From an uncultured bacterium (GTDB lineage: Bacteria; Krumholzibacteriota; Krumholzibacteriia; Krumholzibacteriales; Krumholzibacteriaceae), in contig CAWBAN010000001.1 of the NCBI GenBank assembly GCA_963786935.1, forward strand, positions 1,408,001 through 1,472,000: a stretch of 64,000 nucleotides of DNA, given 5' to 3'. A program made the translations under genes and the position numbers. The notes under the pieces are model-generated. The model saw only the letters and a list, made by a program, of their open reading frames with translations, was not told where the DNA came from and searched no databases. Shown one piece after another: positions 59,907 through 64,000 of the stretch. Numbering within the stretch: position 1 is the first letter of the stretch; each line of letters opens with the position of its first letter.

Positions 59907-60786
59907 GAAACTCCTCGCAGATTTTGAAAACGCGCGCGGCGTCCTCCCCCTTCACGAGCACGTGCCGGTCGCTCGGGAGCAGCTCGAATCGCGACTTCGG
60001 ATTCGACGACACGCTCTTGAGGAAGTGGAGGCTCTTCGGAGAGACGACCCGCTCGCGCGCGGCCTGGATCACGAGCATCGGCTGCTGGATCTTCTTGACG
60101 CGCGAGCGCGTCTTCTCGAGAAACTGCACGAGGCTGTACTCTTTCGGCACGATTCCCTTCGCGGCGAACGGCGCGACGCTTTGGACGAGCTTGAACGCGA
60201 GGTACCGGCGACCCGCCGCGGGAAAGAGCGCCGGAGAGATGAGAATGGCTCCCTTGACGGGCGCCTCCTGCATGAGATTCAGAGCGAGGGTTCCCCCGAA
60301 GCTGAATCCGACGACGTACGTGTTCGGCGCGAAGGTCAGGAGCGCGTCGAGGACGACCCTCGAATCGAGGAGACCCCGTTCCCAGTTGTAGCCTCCCCGC
60401 GCGCCGTTCCCCCGCTTCCGGTCGAGGATCTTCCGCCAGTGAAAGCCGCCGCGGGCCTGCTCGCGGGGCGCCTGCGAGCCGCCGACGGCGAGATTGATCC
60501 CGTAGACCGTATAGCCGGCCTGAAACAGGTGCTCGGCGAGATCGCGCATCTCCGCGGCGGTGCCCCCCGCCCCGTGCAGAAGCATGCAACAGAGCGCCTC
60601 GCGGTTCTGGAGATAGAGGAAGCTCCGGTCCGTCTCCGAGACACCGACCTTCCGCTCGATGAAAATGCGGCTCTCGTGGAAAAACTTGATGAAATCCGCA
60701 CGGAGCGTGAAGCTGTTCGGATTCTTCTGGATGAGCTTTCCGAGCTCCCATACCGAATGATCGATCCGCGCGAGCGTGTCTTTCAT
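59893..60786 (-). CDS. Alpha/beta hydrolase (carboxylesterase-like)
   Basis: LLHG, GFSFGG nucleophile elbow, C-terminal DRHV. Confidence 0.85.
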   Translation of the reverse strand: MKDTLARIDHSVWELGKLIQKNPNSFTLRADFIKFFHESRIFIERKVGVSETDRSFLYLQNREALCCMLLHGAGGTAAEMRDLAEHLFQAGYTVYGINLAVGGSQAPREQARGGFHWRKILDRKRGNGARGGYNWERGLLDSRVVLDALLTFAPNTYVVGFSFGGTLALNLMQEAPVKGAILISPALFPAAGRRYLAFKLVQSVAPFAAKGIVPKEYSLVQFLEKTRSRVKKIQQPMLVIQAARERVVSPKSLHFLKSVSSNPKSRFELLPSDRHVLVKGEDAARVFKICEEFLKQG

Positions 60787-61526
60787 GCATGCCCTCCCGC
60801 CCGCGCAGCGCGGGCCTCCGCGACCGGCGCCGGCGCGCCGCCGCACGCCTTGACGCAGATGCCGCATATCAGAGTATTGAGTTTTTCACTTTTTGAGAAA
60901 CGCCTGACCTGCGCCGCGCACCGGTCGAGATCGAAGGCGAGCGGATCCATCTTGATCGCGCCGGCCGGGCAAACGCCCACGCAGGCATGGCAGGCGCCGC
61001 ATCCCGCCGCCGCGTCGAGCTCGAGCCCGCGATCGGGGAGCGGCGCGTCGGTGAGGACCGAGACGTAGCGCACCTGCGAGCCGAACGAGGGGTGCACGAG
61101 CAGGTTGTTCCGCCCGCGCCAGCCGATGCCGGCGAGCGCGCCGAGCTCGCGGTGCGAGAGATGCCCGAGGAGCCGGTCCCAATCCATCATCTGGGAGGCG
61201 GGCACCGGGAGCGCCCGATGTCCCATTCGCCGGCACTCCGTCGCGCAGTAGAGCGCGGCCTGGTCGAGAGCGAAATTCACCGTGCGGTAGTGATGGTAGT
61301 AGGTCCAGTTCGGAGCGCCTTCGATCGTCGCGAGCACCTCCCCCGAGAGACGGCAGCCGAGCACGATCGCGTGGCCGAGGGACGCGGCGACCTCGCGGAT
61401 GGAGGCGTGAAAGCCCTCCCGCTCGGCCGGGCCGACGCGCGCCGACGAGACGACGTCGACGCCGAAGCGCGCGGCTTCACGCCGAAGCTTCTCGAGGGTC
61501 TCGCGGGGTGTGTGCGAATCCGCCAT
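60783..61526 (-). CDS. QueG/reductive-dehalogenase-like 4Fe-4S protein
   Basis: SHRELGALAGIGWRGRNNLL..P.FGS.VR, CGACHACVGVCP, CGICVKAC. Confidence 0.85.
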   Translation of the reverse strand: MADSHTPRETLEKLRREAARFGVDVVSSARVGPAEREGFHASIREVAASLGHAIVLGCRLSGEVLATIEGAPNWTYYHHYRTVNFALDQAALYCATECRRMGHRALPVPASQMMDWDRLLGHLSHRELGALAGIGWRGRNNLLVHPSFGSQVRYVSVLTDAPLPDRGLELDAAAGCGACHACVGVCPAGAIKMDPLAFDLDRCAAQVRRFSKSEKLNTLICGICVKACGGAPAPVAEARAARAGGHA

Positions 61527-62992
61527 TAGCTCGTCCGGTAGTTCGGCGCTTCCTTCGTGATCGTGATGTCGTGCGGGTGGCTCTCGCGGAGGCCCGCCGC
61601 CGTGATGCGTATGAAGCGCCCGTTCTTCTTGAGATCCTCGATCGTCGCGACGCCGCAGTATCCCATCCCCGCGCGCAGCCCCCCGATGAGCTGAAACACG
61701 TTGCTCGAGAGCGCGCCCTTGTACGACACGCGCCCCTCGATCCCCTCGGCGACGAGCTTGCCCTCCTCCTTGACCCCCTCCTGGAAATACCGGTCGCTCG
61801 AGCCTTTCTTCATCGCCTCGATCGAACCCATGCCGCGATAGATCTTGTAGTTCTTTCCCTCGTAATAGACGATCTCGCCGGGGCTCTCGTCCGTCCCGGC
61901 GAAGAGGCTCCCGATCATGACGCTGTCCGCTCCCGCCGCGATCGCCTTGACGATGTCCCCGGAGTACTTGATGCCGCCGTCGGCGATGATGGGCACGCCC
62001 GCCTTCGAGGCGACCGCCGCGCAGTCCATGATCGCGGTGAGCTGCGGCATGCCGATGCCGGCGATGACGCGCGTCGTGCAGATGGCGCCGGGGCCCATCC
62101 CGACCTTGATCGCGTCGATGCCGAGACGGATGAGATCGCGCGCCGCCTCGGGCGTCGCGATGTTCCCCGCGATGAGCTGGAGGCCGCGGTGCCGCTTCTT
62201 GATCTTCGCGACCGCCGCCAGCGTGTTCGTCGAGTGCGCGTGCGCCGTGTCGACGACGACGACGTCGGCGCCCGCCTCGCGGAGCGCGTCGACGCGGCGC
62301 ATGTAGTCGGCTCCGACACCGACCGCCGCCCCGACGCGCAGGCGGCCGTTCGCGTCCTTGCACGAGAGCGGGAAATCGAGCTTCTTCTGGATGTCCTTGT
62401 ACGTGATGAGCCCCTTGAGCCGCCGCTTGCGGTCGACGACGGGGAGCTTCTCGATGCGGTTCTCGTGCAGAATCTTCTTCGCCCGCTCGAGGGTGATCCC
62501 CTCGAGGGCGGTGATGAGATTCTCCGAGGTCATCACCTCGTGCACCTTCATGTCGTCCCGCTCGAGGAACCGCAGATCGCGGCTCGTGAGAATGCCGACG
62601 AGCACGCCGTCCTTCGTGACGGGAAGCCCCGAGATGCCGAACTTCCGCATCGTCTGCTTCGCCTCGCGCACGAGCTGGTCCGGGGACAGCGTGACGGGAT
62701 TCGTGATCATGCCGCTCTCGCTCCGTTTCACGCGGTCGACGTGCTCGGCCTGCTCCATGACGGAGAGATTCTTGTGAATGATGCCGATGCCCCCCTCGCG
62801 GGCGAGCGCGATCGCGAGCCCCGCCTCGGTCACCGTGTCCATGGCCGCCGAGACGATCGGGATGTTGAGACGGATCGAGCGGGTCAACCTGGTTCTCGTA
62901 TCGGTTTTGCTCGGGAGGATGCGCGATTTTCGGGGGATGAGGAGAACGTCGTCGAACGTGAGCCCTTCCTTGACAACCTTCGGTTTATTCAC
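61526..62992 (-). CDS. guaB: IMP dehydrogenase
   Basis: [19 protein letters not shown] pair, [26 protein letters not shown]. Confidence 0.98.
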   Translation of the reverse strand: MNKPKVVKEGLTFDDVLLIPRKSRILPSKTDTRTRLTRSIRLNIPIVSAAMDTVTEAGLAIALAREGGIGIIHKNLSVMEQAEHVDRVKRSESGMITNPVTLSPDQLVREAKQTMRKFGISGLPVTKDGVLVGILTSRDLRFLERDDMKVHEVMTSENLITALEGITLERAKKILHENRIEKLPVVDRKRRLKGLITYKDIQKKLDFPLSCKDANGRLRVGAAVGVGADYMRRVDALREAGADVVVVDTAHAHSTNTLAAVAKIKKRHRGLQLIAGNIATPEAARDLIRLGIDAIKVGMGPGAICTTRVIAGIGMPQLTAIMDCAAVASKAGVPIIADGGIKYSGDIVKAIAAGADSVMIGSLFAGTDESPGEIVYYEGKNYKIYRGMGSIEAMKKGSSDRYFQEGVKEEGKLVAEGIEGRVSYKGALSSNVFQLIGGLRAGMGYCGVATIEDLKKNGRFIRITAAGLRESHPHDITITKEAPNYRTS

Positions 62993-63087
62993 CTGCGGCG
63001 AAAGAGGCGTCGCCTCTTTCTTCCTCCTCTCGTCTCGAAGGATCCTCGGCGCCGATTCATATATAGTCTACGCCATTGTAATGTGTG

Positions 63088-63116
63088 AACATACCGCCTG
63101 CCGTTGCGCCTGTCAA
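63088..63116 (-). promoter_or_regulatory. sigma70-type promoter for guaB
   Basis: TTGACA-17 nt-TATGTT. Confidence 0.6.
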
Positions 63117-63925
63117 GCATTGTCGGGGAGACCGTCGAGGGGCGCCATCGTGAGGCGCCGCCGCTCGTAGGTCGCGACCGCGGCGACGCCGAACTCCCGC
63201 AGGAGGCCGACTGCCGCGTCGAAGTCCCTCCCGACGTCGGCGGGCGAATGGGCGTCCGAGCCGACGGTCGCCGGAACCCCTGCGTCGACGCAGGCAGCAA
63301 AGAAGCCGCGCTCGGGGTACACCGAGCCCGCGTTGCGCCGGATGCCCCCGGTGTTGATCTCGATCGCCATCCCCCGCGCGGCGAGGAGCCGGGCGACCTC
63401 GCGGTGATCCTTCTCCATGGAGCGGGCGGGCTGGAAGGCGCCCCGCCGGAGCGCGTCGGGGTGCGCAACGATATCGAAGAGCCCCGTCTCGATCATGCGC
63501 TTCAGCTTCTCGAAGTACTTCGGGAACGCCGTGACCGGATCCTCGCTCGCGAAGCGCGCGATGCCGGCCTTGCTCGTGAAATGCCAGTCGCCGAGGAAAT
63601 GGAGGGCGCCGATCACGTAGTCGAAGGGCTGGGACGCGAGAAGGCGCTTCGTCTCATCCTCGTATCCCTCGAGATAATCGGCCTCGATGCCGAGCTTGAT
63701 CGTGATGCGCCCGCGGTATTTCTCCCGGAGCGAGAGCACCCGCTCGACGTAGAGCGGCAGCTTCTCCTCGGGCATCGCGTGATACGGATCGGGATTGACG
63801 GCGAGCGGCAGGTGGTCGCTGAATCCTATCTCGGCGAAGCCCTTGGCGAGCGCCGCCTCGACGTACTCGGCGAGATCGCCCTGTCCGTGCCCGCTGAAGT
63901 TGCCGTGCAGATGGTAGTCGATCAT
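63113..63925 (-). CDS. PHP-family histidinol-phosphatase (HisJ/HisK type)
   Basis: DYHLH, FSDH, GIEADY, DYVIGALH, AHPD, EINT, GSDAH. Confidence 0.9.
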   Translation of the reverse strand: MIDYHLHGNFSGHGQGDLAEYVEAALAKGFAEIGFSDHLPLAVNPDPYHAMPEEKLPLYVERVLSLREKYRGRITIKLGIEADYLEGYEDETKRLLASQPFDYVIGALHFLGDWHFTSKAGIARFASEDPVTAFPKYFEKLKRMIETGLFDIVAHPDALRRGAFQPARSMEKDHREVARLLAARGMAIEINTGGIRRNAGSVYPERGFFAACVDAGVPATVGSDAHSPADVGRDFDAAVGLLREFGVAAVATYERRRLTMAPLDGLPDNA

Positions 63926-64000
63926 GGTGGAGAGAAGATAGCAGATGGTGCTCGGCCGGGCAACATCGAGAAGTCACCCAGGTAGCCCTATCGCGGCTCC

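Noticed and set aside
60783..61526. True reductive dehalogenase
   Set aside because: Only about 247 aa, with no Tat signal and no rdhB anchor gene; better described as a QueG-like Fe-S protein
62993..63087. Purine riboswitch upstream of guaB
   Set aside because: The conserved purine-aptamer core sequences are not recognisable

Overview
High-GC bacterial chromosomal window with no phage, IS or CRISPR. The FlgD/T9SS-like and 'WGxIKxL' C-terminal tags suggest an FCB-group anaerobe such as Krumholzibacteriota/Latescibacterota (inference only). Most content is housekeeping: rsgA, nfo, trxB, fabL, nth, comM, gltX with tRNA-Gln/Glu, ilvC, tRNA(CAU)-tilS-hpt-ftsH-folP-dacA, guaB and tRNA-Val. It also holds a polyamine operon, a 2383-aa secreted metalloprotease/beta-propeller protein and signalling genes. 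The main hidden signal is four ORFs that appear to end at TGA but continue in frame, each followed by a SECIS-like hairpin whose loop starts 20-29 nt after the UGA. These probable selenoproteins are a UshA-like CGU protein (6946-7968), a secreted CBM6-like CxxU protein from an apparently leaderless gene (35352-35870), and a small membrane protein plus an FmdB-type zinc ribbon in an ArsR operon (39787-39945, 39951-40148). The second highlight is a sigma54-promoter-driven operon of catalytically degenerate chemosensory parts (pseudo-MCP, His-less pseudo-CheA, Xis-like HTH, STAS/pseudo-HD-GYP) ending in an intact REC-GAF-HD-GYP. Also notable: a 51-aa protamine-like basic protein missed by the ORF track and a frameshifted M64 peptidase.
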